Assembly: GCA_951406725.2 (NCBI GenBank)
Contig: OX597821.1
Coordinates: 34,658,001 to 34,722,000, forward strand
Origin: Octopus vulgaris
Taxonomy: Eukaryota
Length of the DNA stretch: 64,000 bases
Direction of reading: 5' to 3'
Of the stretch, positions 39,889-53,730 are shown in pieces (positions within the stretch are counted from its first letter, which is position 1; every line of letters starts with the position of its first letter). A program made the translations under genes and the position numbers. The notes below the pieces were generated by a model. It was not told where the DNA came from. It did not search any database and was given only the letters and a program-made list of their open reading frames with translations.

Positions 39889-40170
39889 GTTAGTTAGTAG
39901 GGTTTAGGGGCAGGGGCAGGGACAACGTAGAGACCTTCAAACATCTGGTCCATGATGATGATAATGATGACGACAATGATGATGATGATGATGATGATGA
40001 TGATATCTGCTGTGACTGTGTAGATCTTACTCATCACATCTCACATATCCATTGCAGATGGATCCCTACCACCACCTCCCACCACCACCACCACTGTCCA
40101 CTTGGTACAAGAAATGTCTTTAATTCTCTTGCTGTTCTCTCTTAAATTTCCTTTCCTTTTACACACACCT

Positions 40171-40239
<69 letters not shown>

Positions 40240-40404
40240 TCTATCTCCCCCTCTCTCTCTCTCTCTACTGCTCCCTTTTTCAACATGCTCATGTGCACAC
40301 AGCCTCATCCAACCACATATATATAAGCATATTATAATATGCTTTCCTGCACACATGCCCTCATATGCACACTCTTATAAGCTCTCCTGCCTATACACAC
40401 ACAC

Positions 40405-40447
<43 letters not shown>

Positions 40448-42479
40448 AATGCAGTCGCTCTTTTTCTTCCTCTCCCCGCGAACTCTCACTGCCTTTATCT
40501 ATCTACTCTTACCTTACTCTTCGCTCTCCATTCTCTTCTCTAACCAAACTAATTAATTCTACAGAATTTCTACAGGACTGGTGGATGTAAATTACTGTCA
40601 AACCATTCTTCGTCTCAGTTTCATATCCCGGCATCATCCTCTTAACACATCTCCATTCTATCATGCCCCCACCCACCCACCTCTATCCCGCGCCATTTGC
40701 ATTAACAATATAAGTTCTTGGAAACACTTTCATATGCGTGCACACACACACACACACACACACACATACATGGACATATACACACTCATGTGTACTCGTG
40801 CATTCGTTCATTTCCATGTAACCGCCCCCCCCCTCTCCCTCCTCCTCCTCCTCCTCTCACTCACCTTTCCTTTTGATTCAATTCACGGAAAGTTCAGGTG
40901 AAGGGAGATATTAAAATACCTGAAAATAGCCACTAGCTTGTGCATGCACACACATACACACGCACACACACAGCCTCATCCATATACTGTCATGAATTTC
41001 CATACACATTACTGATATACTCACGCACACACACACACACACTCACACGCGCACACACACACACACACACACATGGTCATCAAAGTATTATTCTTGTCAA
41101 TGACATTTTGTTTGTTTGTTTTTTTTCCTGTTTAATTTTTTTTTCTGCTTTTCTGATTTTTTGCATTTTTCTTTTAAGAAATAAAAAAAACATTTGCACT
41201 TGTGCTTATGTAAGCAATCATCATCGTTATTATTTTTATTATTATTATTAGTAGTAGTAGTAGTAGTATTTTATTATTACAAAGGGCTAGTGGACAGTAG
41301 ACCCAGTGGAACGCTGAACATAATTGGTTCACAATACTTAGTTTTGTTCCTCTGTTCTGAGCTCAAATACCTTTGAGGCCAACATTGCCTTTCATCTTTC
41401 CAGGGTTGTTAAATGAAGTACCAGTCGTGTACTGGGGTTGATTTAATTGACTCTCCTTACAAATTTCTGACCCTGTGCCAATGTTAACTTTCTTGTTGTT
41501 GTTAGAGTGATTAAGGTGACTGAGATGGTAGTATGATTACTGACTAAATACTTAAATTATTTAGTTTCAACCCTAACTGTCCTAAGTTCGAATCCAGCTG
41601 AATTCCACTCACAAAGTACCTGTTAAAGTTCCCAGTTCATAGGAAATGATAAGATCCCACCATACTGCAGGAGTTGTGATAGATCCCAAGGTGGCACCTT
41701 TAAAACTCTGCTTGCCTTACTAGTTTTATGACAGTTATGATGATGATCATCATCATAATCATTAAGTTACGATGTAGGCTTGGCTATCTATTTAAGAAGG
41801 TCACTTCACAAACCTTGTAGTTCCAAGTTCAATCCCACTGCATGACACTTTGGGCAAGTGTCTTCAACCCTAGCCTTGAATTAACCAATATCTGGTAAGC
41901 AAAATTTTACAAATCTGATGTGTGTATGTATATGTGTGTGTGTGTGTGTGTGCAATTCATTATTGATTACATATCATTACTTGAAGTTTCATGCTTAGCT
42001 TATGTTAAACGATCCTCAAATAACAAACTCAATCCATTTTAAGTATATCCAAGGCCCATGTGCTTTGTTATGTTGAATTGTTAGGTATTATGGATTTCCA
42101 AAAGTTGTTAGAAGAGCATGATATTGTTAGGAGGGAGTTATTTCGCATGGGTGAATGGGAATAGAGGTGAAGGACTTAATATAGTGGAACCAAAGAAGGA
42201 GTGCCAAGGAGTTATGTGAAAATTAGTATAGGGGGCTAAAAAATTTGAAAGTTATAAGGTATTAAATGAATATTATGTTGTAAAGTAAATACAGGAGTAT
42301 CTATGAAAAACTGAAATGAGAGAGAGATTGAGAATCTTGTTGATAATTCTAAGTATTGGTCAATTCCTGTGTTTCTGGAGTTATTGATTTGAAATGCTCT
42401 GTAAATTTATTAAGATTTTATTTTAGACACGAGGTTCTTTTCCTAAACTGATTTAAAGCTGTGCTGCTAATATGAATCA

Positions 42480-43330
42480 GTTCATAACATGTAAGTCAGT
42501 TGTATTACCTGAGGCTAGATATACATGCAGAAGCACAAATGGGGAAAAAAGTCACCTCCACCAAACCAAGCCTTAACATTGAACATAAGCACTATACTTC
42601 TTTCAGAGATATAGAAGGGAAGAATAGAAGAACTTTTTGTAGTTATGTCTGGACTTTGAAAAACAAAAAAACAAAATGTGTCTTATGACATCAAGTGGAA
42701 GATCCTTGTGAGATGCAAGCTATACAGAAATGGTATGAAAGTTTGCAAGCTATGCATAGCTGAAAAGGGTCTTCTTTTTAAATTTCAGATTTTATCACCA
42801 AAAATATTCTACTTTGACAAGAACTTCCTAAAAAATCTCAATGACCGGATCACTACTTTATTTTTTAACAGAAGGATGTACAGTCTTTCTCTTTCTATTT
42901 TCTGTTTCAATAGATACTCCTAAGTTCATTATTGTTTATCAATATACTCATTAATACTAATAACATTCCATTCTCATTTTATTATAGCTTTTTTAATTCC
43001 TTCCTTTTTTTTACTCAGTCTGTGATTTTTCACTTATAATTTCACATCTTTCATGTCTCGGTCCAAATACCCAAGGGAATTAACTCACCCCTAATAACAT
43101 ATATATAATGTGTTATGGCTCTTACAAGATTTTAAATCCACATTGCAATACCATGCTGGATATTTCAAAAACAGGTGTAGATTGTTGTCTGATGATTGCT
43201 TGGTTTAAACTGAATATGAAACTTGGAGTTATGATGTGTTATCAATAAAGGAGTGATCAATTCATATATATATTTTCACTCTACTATATGTCTTGAGTAC
43301 TCTTATTTTTGTCCATGTAAACACCTATAG
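42480..43330 (+). mobile_element. Penelope-like retroelement remnant (GIY-YIG endonuclease C-terminus plus terminal region)
   Basis: Frameshifted HYTSFR...SYVWTLKNK / YDIKWKILVRCKLYRNGMKVCKLCIAEK fits the PLE pattern H..SF....IW.LK....W.IL......C.LC..EK; hammerhead motif downstream. Confidence 0.75.
43183..43236 (+). ncRNA. Decayed hammerhead ribozyme motif in a Penelope terminal region
   Basis: CTGATGA 43189-43195, GAAAC 43218-43222, stem III ACT/AGT, triplet GTT; stems now mostly G-U pairs, consistent with CpG decay. Confidence 0.5.
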
Positions 43331-44323
43331 CTTCTATATATATACATGTATATCTATATATATAAATATTATAGGTATGTATATGTAAGATGTTTTGTAT
43401 GTGTCTGTATTTTGATTTATAAATAAATTTAGATGATGTGGTTGTTGTTGTTGTTAATTTCTGTCAACTAATAACAATATTAATAATAAGAATGCTAATC
43501 AAACTGATGTGCATGAACTTAATCTGATTTCAGTGCCATCAGAACCTCCGGAATATTCTACTGGCATCATATGAACCTTAGTGTAACTTTCTCTAATAAA
43601 TAGCATATATGTATCTGTTGTTGTTGTTGTTGTTGTTGTTTGGCCCCTAGGTCAGTAGTCCTGGATAGACAGACCTAGATCAAAGGCATGATTTAAGTCA
43701 TGCATGGACCCATGGACCATCAAATCATATTTTCAGGATTTCTTTACCTCAGACTACATTATCCAATGTCTCCTGTTTAAAAAAAATGATGGGGTGTGTG
43801 GATTGAGGGAGATTTTTACTACTGTTTCTAACAGATCAAGTGACTAACTGCTTGAAGACTCTATAACCATCTTTATGTGTTTCTGTCTGTATGAGTGTGA
43901 CATCTGTTTGAACCCTTTTGTAGCCATATTTTTGCTGAAATACATGCATTCACTATCTTTGTATTAATTCTGAAAATAAGGATTTAGTGAAACAACTTTA
44001 TTATTAAGCTGGTGTTTTGGAACATAAATAAAAGTGATATTATAACAGGTTTTAATTTAGAGCAATTAAAACCAGGAAGTTTGTACCATAGAAGCAGGGA
44101 CTCTGTAAAGTGGGTCGGTATCAACAGGTTAGAACAGCTAAATGACCCTTGTTTTAAATTGCAAGGTAACAAAGAAATCGTTTGAAATAAGAATTTAGGG
44201 TCCCAAATTTCCTCTGGAATGTAACTCCCATATTCACATATAGAATAGAATTTAAAAAGACAAAAAAAAAAAAAACGAAAACAAGAGAAAAGGAAATAGA
44301 GATGATGAAAATTTTAATAACTA

Positions 44324-44492
44324 CCATATATTTTAGTGTGTATAAGGAACCCCCTAATTTTGGGGGCTTTTAAAATTTGGAAGAAAAAAGTTTTTGTAAG
44401 GGATTATAATACTATCCATGTATGAGAAAGTCTCATACTTTTTGGACCTAATTTTTGACAGAAAAGGGTTCCTTATACATGTTGAAATACGG
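44324..44492. mobile_element. Tc1/mariner-superfamily (pogo/Tc2-like) MITE
   Basis: TA-flanked TIRs ccatatattttagtgtgtataaggaaccc / gggttccttatacatgttgaaatacgg. Confidence 0.65.
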
Positions 44493-44557
44493 TATATGCT
44501 TTTTATTAATTAAATATACTAGTACTTATGGCTCTTTTATTATTGTAAAAATGTTGA

Positions 44558-44770
44558 AAGGCAGTGAGCTGGCAGAATTGTTAGTATGTCAAACAAAACA
44601 CTCAGTGGCATTTCCTTTGGTTCTTCATGTTCTGAGTTCAAATTCTGTTGAGGTTGGTTTTGCCTTTCATGCTTTTGGGGTTGATAAAATAAGTAATAGG
44701 GTCATTGCAATTGACTATTCCCTTCCTCTTAAAAAATTGCTGGCCTTGTACTAAAATTCAAAACAATTAT
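44558..44770 (+). mobile_element. SINE family B, diverged
   Basis: aggcagtgagctggcagaattgttag...tgagttcaaattctg. Confidence 0.7.
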
Positions 44771-45043
44771 TGTAAAATTGTGGATGCTGTTGGTTAAGCA
44801 GTTTGCCTGACGATCACAAGGTCCCGAGATCAATCTCATCGCATGTCATCTAGCACAAGGGGTCTCTTATATATACAGCCTGGGCTGACCTAAGTCTTGT
44901 GAGTGAAATTGGACTGAAGCCAATTTCACTGAAACTGTATGGAAGTCTTATCAAATTGGCTGCAGCTGAAATTCAGAAGTCCAGTTTTACCCCAATGTAT
45001 CATGCTGGTTCTACCTGAGAAACATAAAAGTACATGTGTTTGT

Positions 45044-45272
45044 GGCGAGCTGGCAGAAACGTTAGCACGCCGGGCGAAATGCTTAGCGGTATTTCGTCTG
45101 CCGTTACATTCTAAGTTCAAATTCCGCCGAGGTCGACTTTGCCTTTCATCCTTTCAGGGTCGATAAATTAAGTACCAGTTACGCACTGGGATCGATGTAA
45201 TTGACTTAATACCTATGTCTGTCCTTGTTTGTCCCCTCTATGTTTAGCCCCTTGTGGGTAATAAAGAAATAG
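45044..45272 (+). mobile_element. tRNA-derived SINE family B, intact, with 16-bp target-site duplication
   Basis: ggcgagctggcagaaacgttagcacgccgggc...agttcaaattccgccgagg...aataaagaaatag; gtacatgtgtttgtgg is repeated at 45030-45045 and 45273-45288. Confidence 0.9.
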
Positions 45273-46252
45273 GTACATGTGTTTGTGGAATACTCGACCG
45301 CTTACACCAACAACTAAGGACCTGGCAATTCAGCTGACTGAACAATTGAATATGTATCACTGAAATCACCTGATTTGTTTTTCTTATATATGAGAGTATG
45401 TTCAAAAGTAAGGAGGGGTGTGTTTATGATATTGTATGTAGCTATTATAAGAAGGCATTTAGCAATAATAGTGTATGTATGTGTGCTATTGGGAATATGT
45501 ATGAGCGTGTATATGATATTCTGTCGTATGTGTATATGTAAGAGTAAAGAAGTGTGTATGGCTGTATTTTGGAGTAAGTCTATGTGTGTATATCATATTG
45601 CATTAGTATTTTATGGTTGCATGTATATAAGTGCATTTAGGATTAAGGGACAATTTTCTTGTGTTTATAATGTTCTATGCATGCATCTGCGTGGTGTGAA
45701 TGTATACAACTTTAGGAATAATTGAAAATGTGTGTATGAAAGTGTATTTTGTCATAAGTGTGTGTGTGTGTGTGTTAATATATAAAGAGAAAGAAGAAAA
45801 GAAAATAATTAATTTTTCATTTACATTAATTAAATTAAGCCATACAAATATGCTCATTTATATTTAAGAATTTCTTTTTTAGTTTTAATCTCAAAGTATT
45901 ATTTTTCTCTCTCCCTTGTTTTAGAGATATAAAAAAAAAAGATGGAAGTAAAAAGATAGGGAAAATAAAATGATTTTCTGCGTCTTTCATTCTCAATTAT
46001 CCAAATACTATATAAGCCAGTATAACAATTGCGCAAGTGTATATGACACGCTACATTTTTCTAGGGCTTTGGTTGGCTGATTGGGGCATGATGATAAAGA
46101 AGATGAAATGATTGGGTTTTTTGTTTTATATTTTTAATTTTATTATTCATCTCTTTTGGTTCTGCAGTTTGTGGGTGGGGCACTGAACACATTTCATTCA
46201 TGTTCCCTTTAAACTGAGATTCTATTAACTACAAACAAGAAAGAGAAATCCT

Positions 46253-46478
46253 TCAACCCATTAGCATTCAGATTTCTCTGTCAAATGTAATGCTTATTTA
46301 TTCATATTGTTTTGAATTAATTATGCATTATCTCGTAGCTTTGAGATTTCTATAATGAGGTTGTACATTTTTAGAATGATCTTGTTGGGTAAGTGTGAGA
46401 GGCTGGGTCCTGCCAGTTTGAAGATAAAACTGGTAGAATATTTGGGCCAGATATGACTGGTTTAAATGCAAAAGGGTT
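46253..46478. mobile_element. piggyBac-type MITE
   Basis: TIRs aacccattagcatt / aatgcaaaagggtt; CCC..GGG termini. Confidence 0.65.
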
Positions 46479-47220
46479 CAAATATTTGCCTATCTTATAT
46501 TTTATTCATCATAAAGGAATCTACTTTTCTGTTAGAAACCATCCAACTGGTTATAGTATAAGTTAAGATTTCCCCAAATTTATATTTTTCAATGTATATG
46601 TGTGTGGGGTGTGATATATATATATGTGAATGGGTCATATAAGATATGGATTCTGAGAATTGTGCAGGTAATCACAGTAAGCTCTTCTTACAGACTTGGC
46701 TATCAGTTCACATGGTAATAAATTACAAATATAGTGCAATATCGAGTATCTGTATAACTGAAAATCTAGAAAAGTGAAGTGATAAAATATTCTGTGAGGA
46801 GTATATTCAAACGTCCATACATACAGGTGTCTCTATGCAGTTGGTGGACTCAACAGGAAAAATAATAACAGCCAAATCTATCCAAAATCTCATACAGCCT
46901 TTAAAATGAATAAAAAAAAAATTGGATAATGTAGTCCAAAATAAATAAAATGGGATGGTCACAACTGGCCTGAGGTTTAATCAACAACAATATTTGTATT
47001 TTTACTCCTTACCCCTTCTCATGAAATACTTGTCTTCTTTTTTCTCTTTTTATGTGTTTTGAGGCCTAAGTAGATATTTGATGTGTATATATATATATAT
47101 ATGCATCTACATGCATATATACACACATGCATAAGCACAAACATTCCACACTCCCCAACTCATTTGTCATTTCTTCTCTTCAAACATAATTGTTTCTGTT
47201 TTAAAGAATATAAATCAACT

Positions 47221-47252
<32 letters not shown>

Positions 47253-47272
47253 AATATTAAATATATATATAC

Positions 47273-47313
<41 letters not shown>

Positions 47314-47366
47314 CATACACATATGCATACATATATGTGTGTGTGTGTGTATTCCTCCTTTTTCAG

Positions 47367-48960
47367 GAATCAGCAGGAACAGTTTTGAGTTTCTTATGTT
47401 TACTTTGAAATTAAACGGTTGTTTCTGTTTTATCTTCTTTTTTTTTTTTAATTATCTAATTTTTTTTTTATACAGTAATTACAAATTCTCTGACTTAGAA
47501 TTAAGTGTTGTTATTTAAAAAGCAATTTTAAAAATTTATTTATCAATGTTTATATTTTCATTCATGGAGAAAGATTTGGCAGAAAATTCTACAATCAAAG
47601 AAGTATGATTTATACAAGGGAACACAGGGTTTGCTTTTCTCAGTGATGTGTGGGGAATTGGCATGTTTATCAACCAATGTATCCTAGCTGCTATTTTAAT
47701 TCCATTTAATTTTAAATCATTTTTACAGGTGCATAAATCTGCTGTTGTATAGTTGTTGTTTCATTTCTTTCTTTATAACTAATGTCCATTTGAAAGATAG
47801 CTTGTAATTATACACAACATGTGTGTGTTTGTATCATCAACTGCCATAAAGATATATATCTAGACACCTATATAGACATATAATTATGCACTGCGAACCA
47901 GATTTTGTTTCATAATGAAGAATTTGGTTCAGGTTGCAGTAAAGGCCCATACTGACTTTGGATATAGGCATGTCTGTATATGTATATGTATTAGTGGGTA
48001 GATGTTCTTTATTTGTGGATTAACAAAGCAACCAACTGCTTCATGGAAGTTTTCATACTCATCTCCAAAATAGAGATGAATACCAACACTTCCTTATGAC
48101 ATGCTTGAATAGTTTGAACAATTGTGAAGATCTTTTCACGTGAAACCATTGGTTGCTTTGTTTGTCCATAAATAAAGTGTATATATATATACATATATGT
48201 AATGTTACCAGATGACACTAACTAAGCCCTGCTCTTGCTCTATCTAGTGCATGGGAACATGCCAGGTACATGTGTGTGTTTGTATATGTGTAAGGTTTTA
48301 TTTACTCAGTTACAGCACCACTCTGATGATTATATATACTAGCCCCTACTGCATTTAAAAATTGTTTGTGGGAAACCAGATGTAATAAGTCCTCTATATA
48401 CTATGTATGATATGATCCCCATCAGTGCAACGCCAATGATAGGTTGATTGAGCCATGCCCAGATCAGTGATTAAATGCTTTCTTCAATTCTGTATCTGCC
48501 CTATCAAAGCAGTCCACTGGGCCGTCATCGGAAGATAACAACAACACACTGGCACAACTACCACCACATCATTGAGCTGAAGTTTTAATGTTTTCAATTT
48601 AATCTCTAATGTTTTAAAACTCACATATACACACAGACATACCTGCAAGGAATAAGGACTTGGATTTCATCTTCTGACAGTTTTGTAATGTAAACGAAAA
48701 ATATTAGGCAAAATAACTAAGAAAACAATCTAACTGAAAGTGCTTATTTCTACCAATTAGTCGGGTGAAAGCTGAAAATGAATACAAACATAGAAATAAT
48801 AATAATAATAATAATATTGATAATAATAATAATAATAATATGCCAAAATAACAATCTTTTCTTTATTATTGCTTTCGGAATTAAAATTTTGTTTTTCTCA
48901 TAAATTGATAGTTGTTGTTCTTGATGTTTATTTATTTGTTTTCTTTTCTTTTTCTTATCA
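47367..48960 (+). other. Candidate terminal exon plus 3' UTR-like, repeat-poor segment
   Basis: Acceptor ttcctcctttttcAG (47365-47366); phase-2 reading NQQEQF* ends at 47388; followed by ~1.5 kb of AT-rich sequence without the SINEs that are common elsewhere. Confidence 0.25.
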
Positions 48961-49675
48961 CAAATTATAAGAAGCATAATAAACAATCAGGCAGATACTG
49001 GAATTGGTAAAGTATTGGTGTATTTAAATACCCTGTGGTATTTGATTAACGTCCCTTCACATTTACGAGTCCAAATCCTGCCCAGGTCAACTTTGCCTTT
49101 CGCCTTTCTTAGATCTATAATTATCAATTAATTTACAAGTACCAATGTTTGATTAAGGTGAAGTAACTGACTAAACTCTTCAAGGCGGTCCCCGCCAGCC
49201 AGGCCACAGTTCAATGACTGACGCCACTAAAAGAATATGATGAAGATGATGATGATTAATAATAATGATAATAATAATACTAAACTTTTTGAATGTCATA
49301 TTGCTTGCCCTGTATATTTTGTTGTTCTCTTCTAACTTTAATAATAAAAAATCATCTACTATTTTTCATTGTTTTAATTTTGAGGTATTTATATTCATGT
49401 ACATGCAATTACACGTACACACACACACAATTATATTTATGATATTTTGGAGTTTACAACCTTATCTAATGTACATAACATGCATTCATAGAAATGTTCA
49501 AGGGTGATGAAGTGATAGATACTGGAGACCTAAAACAGGGTTTAGTTCCAAGCCCTGGTCGGCTTTGACTTTTTGTTATCCCCCCCACTTTCAGTGGTCA
49601 ATAAATTAAGATACCAATAAAATTCCTTTACAAACATGCTTGGTTTTCTACTTCTCCAAGACAAAATCTATGGAC

Positions 49676-49781
<106 letters not shown>

Positions 49782-50239
49782 ATATATATATGTATATATG
49801 ATAACGATTATTTATATATATATATATATATACTGTGTGTGAATATAGGCAAAATAAATTTAAAGTACACACATTCAGAGGGTTGCGCACACAGAGCCAT
49901 ACGCACACACACAGCTATATACTGTCTCATATGCACACACACACACACACACACACATTCACACACTCACACAGCTGTATAAAGATACACAGACAATTTT
50001 TTTTTCATTTATTTTCTCTTTTCTTTCCATTTCACTATTCCTAATAATTTTACTTATAATAAGATAACAATTAATATTCCCAAAATTTCAGACTAATATG
50101 GTTTTAGCAATCATGTATTCATTGTACTCTGACTTTTCCAGTTTGGTACTCAACTAGTACTCTCAGTATCTCATTATGGTAAGGTGTTCCTACACACATA
50201 TATATATACCTACATATATGTATACATACATACATATAT

Positions 50240-50284
<45 letters not shown>

Positions 50285-50307
50285 ACATATATATATGTAT
50301 GTATATA

Positions 50308-50363
<56 letters not shown>

Positions 50364-51191
50364 GATGCATACGTAGATACATATGTGTATGTATCTATGT
50401 ATACATCTGTGTAGACATACATACACATATACATACATTCATATATACATATATTAATTACGTATGTATTCACATATCAATATATATCTATATCAATAGA
50501 GAAAGTTTCTTAATCTTTTACGCTGATTATAATAATAATGTAATTAGTACTACTCTAATTATCATCATCTTTTCATTTATTCTTATTCATCATTATGTAA
50601 TGCTGCTTTGGATTTTGAAATCTGTAAAAACAAAATGTTTCACAATTAAAACAAAAAAAAGACAGAAAAAGGAACTAAATAAAACAAAAGTTTACAAAAG
50701 ATCTACATAGAAAAAAATCTGTTTTACGTATTAATTGTCTTGTTGTGTTTTGATGTTTATAAAAGCATATTCTGATAAATGTTAATAGGGATCTGAATAG
50801 GGGTCAGTCGGCAGAAATAACAATAGGGTTGAATTGAATAAGAAACCTAGCACTATTTTAAAATAAAAAAGAAATATGATTTTTTCACCGAAGGCAGGCC
50901 AGAGCTCCTCAGATTTTGGCAAGGGCAAAAAATATACAGCAAGACGGTGTGTGTGTGCGTGCATGTGTTTGTATGTATGTGTATACTTAAATGAATTTTC
51001 GCACACACACACTCACATATATATATATATATATAATAGCAAGAAGTTGAGGTTATAAGAGATAATGGTGTCAGTGAGACCCTAAGGTGTCAGGTAATGC
51101 TGAATAAGTGCTATAGACAGACCATAGTTAAGTTCCAGATTCGGTAATTTTGCGAATAAAGGGTTCAATGTTGGTTCTATATCAGTGTGTG

Positions 51192-51346
51192 TATATAAGA
51201 ATTTTTTGTGTAATAAGATAAAAAACCAAGGCTGTGTAGATACTAGAACATTTATAGATAGAAGGTCTTACAGCTTCTATCTATAAATGCTCTAATATCT
51301 ATACAGCCTTGGTTTTTTATCTTATTATGCAAAAAATTCTTATATA
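51192..51346. repeat. Hairpin with 73-bp arms and a 9-nt loop
   Basis: 51192-51264 pairs with 51274-51346; five non-Watson-Crick positions. Confidence 0.95.
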
Positions 51347-52289
51347 TATATATATATATGGCCTTGCCTATGTTTGTGCCATGTAAAAGGCACTCTGTTC
51401 ACTCTGCTGAGAGGTTGGTGCTAGGAAGGCCATCCAGCTGTAAAACCCTACCAATACAGACACAGAAGTCTGGTGCAGGATCCTGTTAAACTGTGCAACC
51501 CATGCCAGCATAGATGTGTGTGTGTGTATCACTGCCATAAGTTTAGAATTTGAGTAGACTTTTTAAAGTTTACAAACAAAATTGATAATCAATACTTACA
51601 ATAATATAAAGGAGCAAACTTAGAAGGTTTTAAAGATTTGCCTGATGATAATACCTATATTTAGAATATTTTCTCAAAAGTCTTCAGTCTTGAATTCCAC
51701 AACTCAATAAGTTTAGAATCACAAGCAAAAAATTATGGAAATGATTCCAGATGAGTCCACAGTATGATCGATCGTATTATGCTGGTTGATGAGGAGGCAA
51801 CAGAGCTTGTAACCTACAAAACATATCCGCATTGTTCTGTTTCATGAGGTGGTGGTGGTGGTGGTGGTTGTGGCGTTGATACAGAGACATTGTTTTGTAT
51901 CTGAATCGCAGTCCTTCTAAGAAGGCAGTTTCCATTATATAAAAACACCGGCAGTTACTGTGACTCCATTTAAAATGACAAACCCTCGAAAAATGTCCCA
52001 ACTGATAAGACAGAATCTTTCACAGACTCTCAGAGGCGAACTATCAAGTGAAAGCAGTTGACATGCAAAATTTGGACATGTGCAACATACTGGGATTATC
52101 AGTGGCATCTGTTCACAAACGGTTCAAATTTTTTAGAATACATGGGGTCGCCACTCACAGAAAGCAATTCATTTTCATAGTGGATTGAAAAGAATGTCAG
52201 AACTCACACGTAGACAGTCCAAATACTTCGAATGAACCTTCTGAGCAGTTGAATGAATTCGTTTCTTGGGATTATCATACTGCTAACTA

Positions 52290-52750
52290 TTGGGTTGTCC
52301 GGAAAGTTTGTGCCGATTTATAGTAGCTTACCTTTCGACTTATTTTAGAACATGGTTAAGTCCATAAAATAGGATTTGACTACACTTCCATTTAGAGCAC
52401 AGTTTAAGCTGTCTTTTCGTGGAAGAAGGTTTATGGTCCTATAACCTGTGTTAATTCTGTAACCCTTTAAAATGGAAGATAAGAAAGTTCATTTTCGGTA
52501 CTTGGTGCTTTGGGAACCAGACAAAGATTGCTGCAGCTCAGCTGGGATGTGTTACCCCACACTTCATATTCACCAGATATTGCTCCTTCGGATTTTCACT
52601 CATTCAGGTCTCTGCAGAATAGTTTTACTGGTAAAAATTTCAATTCCTTGGATGACATAAAAAGATACCTTGATGAATTCTTTGCCATGAAACTACCTCA
52701 ATTCTGGTAAGAGGGTATTTTCAAGTTAAAGGAAAGATGGAGATGCAATT
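52290..52750 (+). mobile_element. Internally deleted mariner transposon relic
   Basis: TA + TIR-like ttgggttgtccggaaag; N-terminus MEDKKVHFRYLVLWE joined to WDVLPHTSYSPDIAPSDFHSFRSLQN (mariner YSPDLAPSD motif); in-frame stop. Confidence 0.85.
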
Positions 52751-53275
52751 TATACCTCATTGCACAGGATGTTTTCTCTTTCCTCTTCAACTGATTTAAT
52801 TTTGAGAGCTAGATCGTCGACATATAGAATTTCCAGCGGCCTTGTTAATTTCGTTGCTGGCTCACTTTATTGACTTGCACGACTATCACCAGCCATGCCA
52901 CTAACTCTTGTTTGCTGGGGACTACTTATTTATTAAGAATGGTACTCTGTCAAAAACTTTGCTTGTATCAACAAAACCAGGTAGATGGGTTTGCTGTTGT
53001 CTTTAAGAGATGGAACTACTGGGGAAAGACGTGGTGAACCCACATTCTGGCACAAACCCAAACTTGGGCTTCTTTACCATCTCTTCACAAACCTTTGTAG
53101 GTTTCATGTTCATATTGTGTATATTAATCAAGTCTACTTATTTTGATCCATCTGTTCCCAACTACATCCACTTGAGAAGTTGAACCGAGAACTGCAAGTT
53201 TACAAAACACCAGTCAATTTTATAGTGCTGTTCCTGATTTCACTGATGTGCATACTAGATTGTTTTAGAGTAAGA

Positions 53276-53730
53276 TACGAGGTGGTATCAAAACGTTCCT
53301 GGACTAGTTCTGTAGCGTGCCATCAGATGGCAGAACACCGTTGCGTGCACAGTAAAAGCTAGTAGTGACCTTCATGAGGCAGTGTAGACATCACTGTATT
53401 TACTTCACAAGTTGTGGAATTTGTTTTTTTGTGATCATATGTATGCTGTAGTCTGCGATTTTTGTTATGGACAGGAAGTTGGAACAAAGGGCCAATGTGA
53501 AATTTTGTGTTAAACTTGGGAAGTCTGCTACAGAGACATTGAGCATGCTTCGGTAAGCTTGCAGTGATGAGTCAATGGGTTGTACTCAATGTTTCGAGTG
53601 GCATGGGTGCTTCAAAAAGCATGACAGAGTCGCAGCTCAAGCATGAGAGCATATTCATCGTTTTTCTGACATCCGCAGTATTGTGCATCGATAATTCATC
53701 CCTCAGAGCCAGACCGTCAATCGAGAGTGC
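53276..53730 (+). mobile_element. Second mariner relic (irritans-like), fragmented
   Basis: TIR-like tacgaggtggtatcaaaacgttcc; from 53467 MDRKLEQRANVKFCVKLGKSATETLSMLR*...CFEWH, then a fragment resembling the FFD..GIVH.EF.P.GQTVN segment. Confidence 0.8.
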
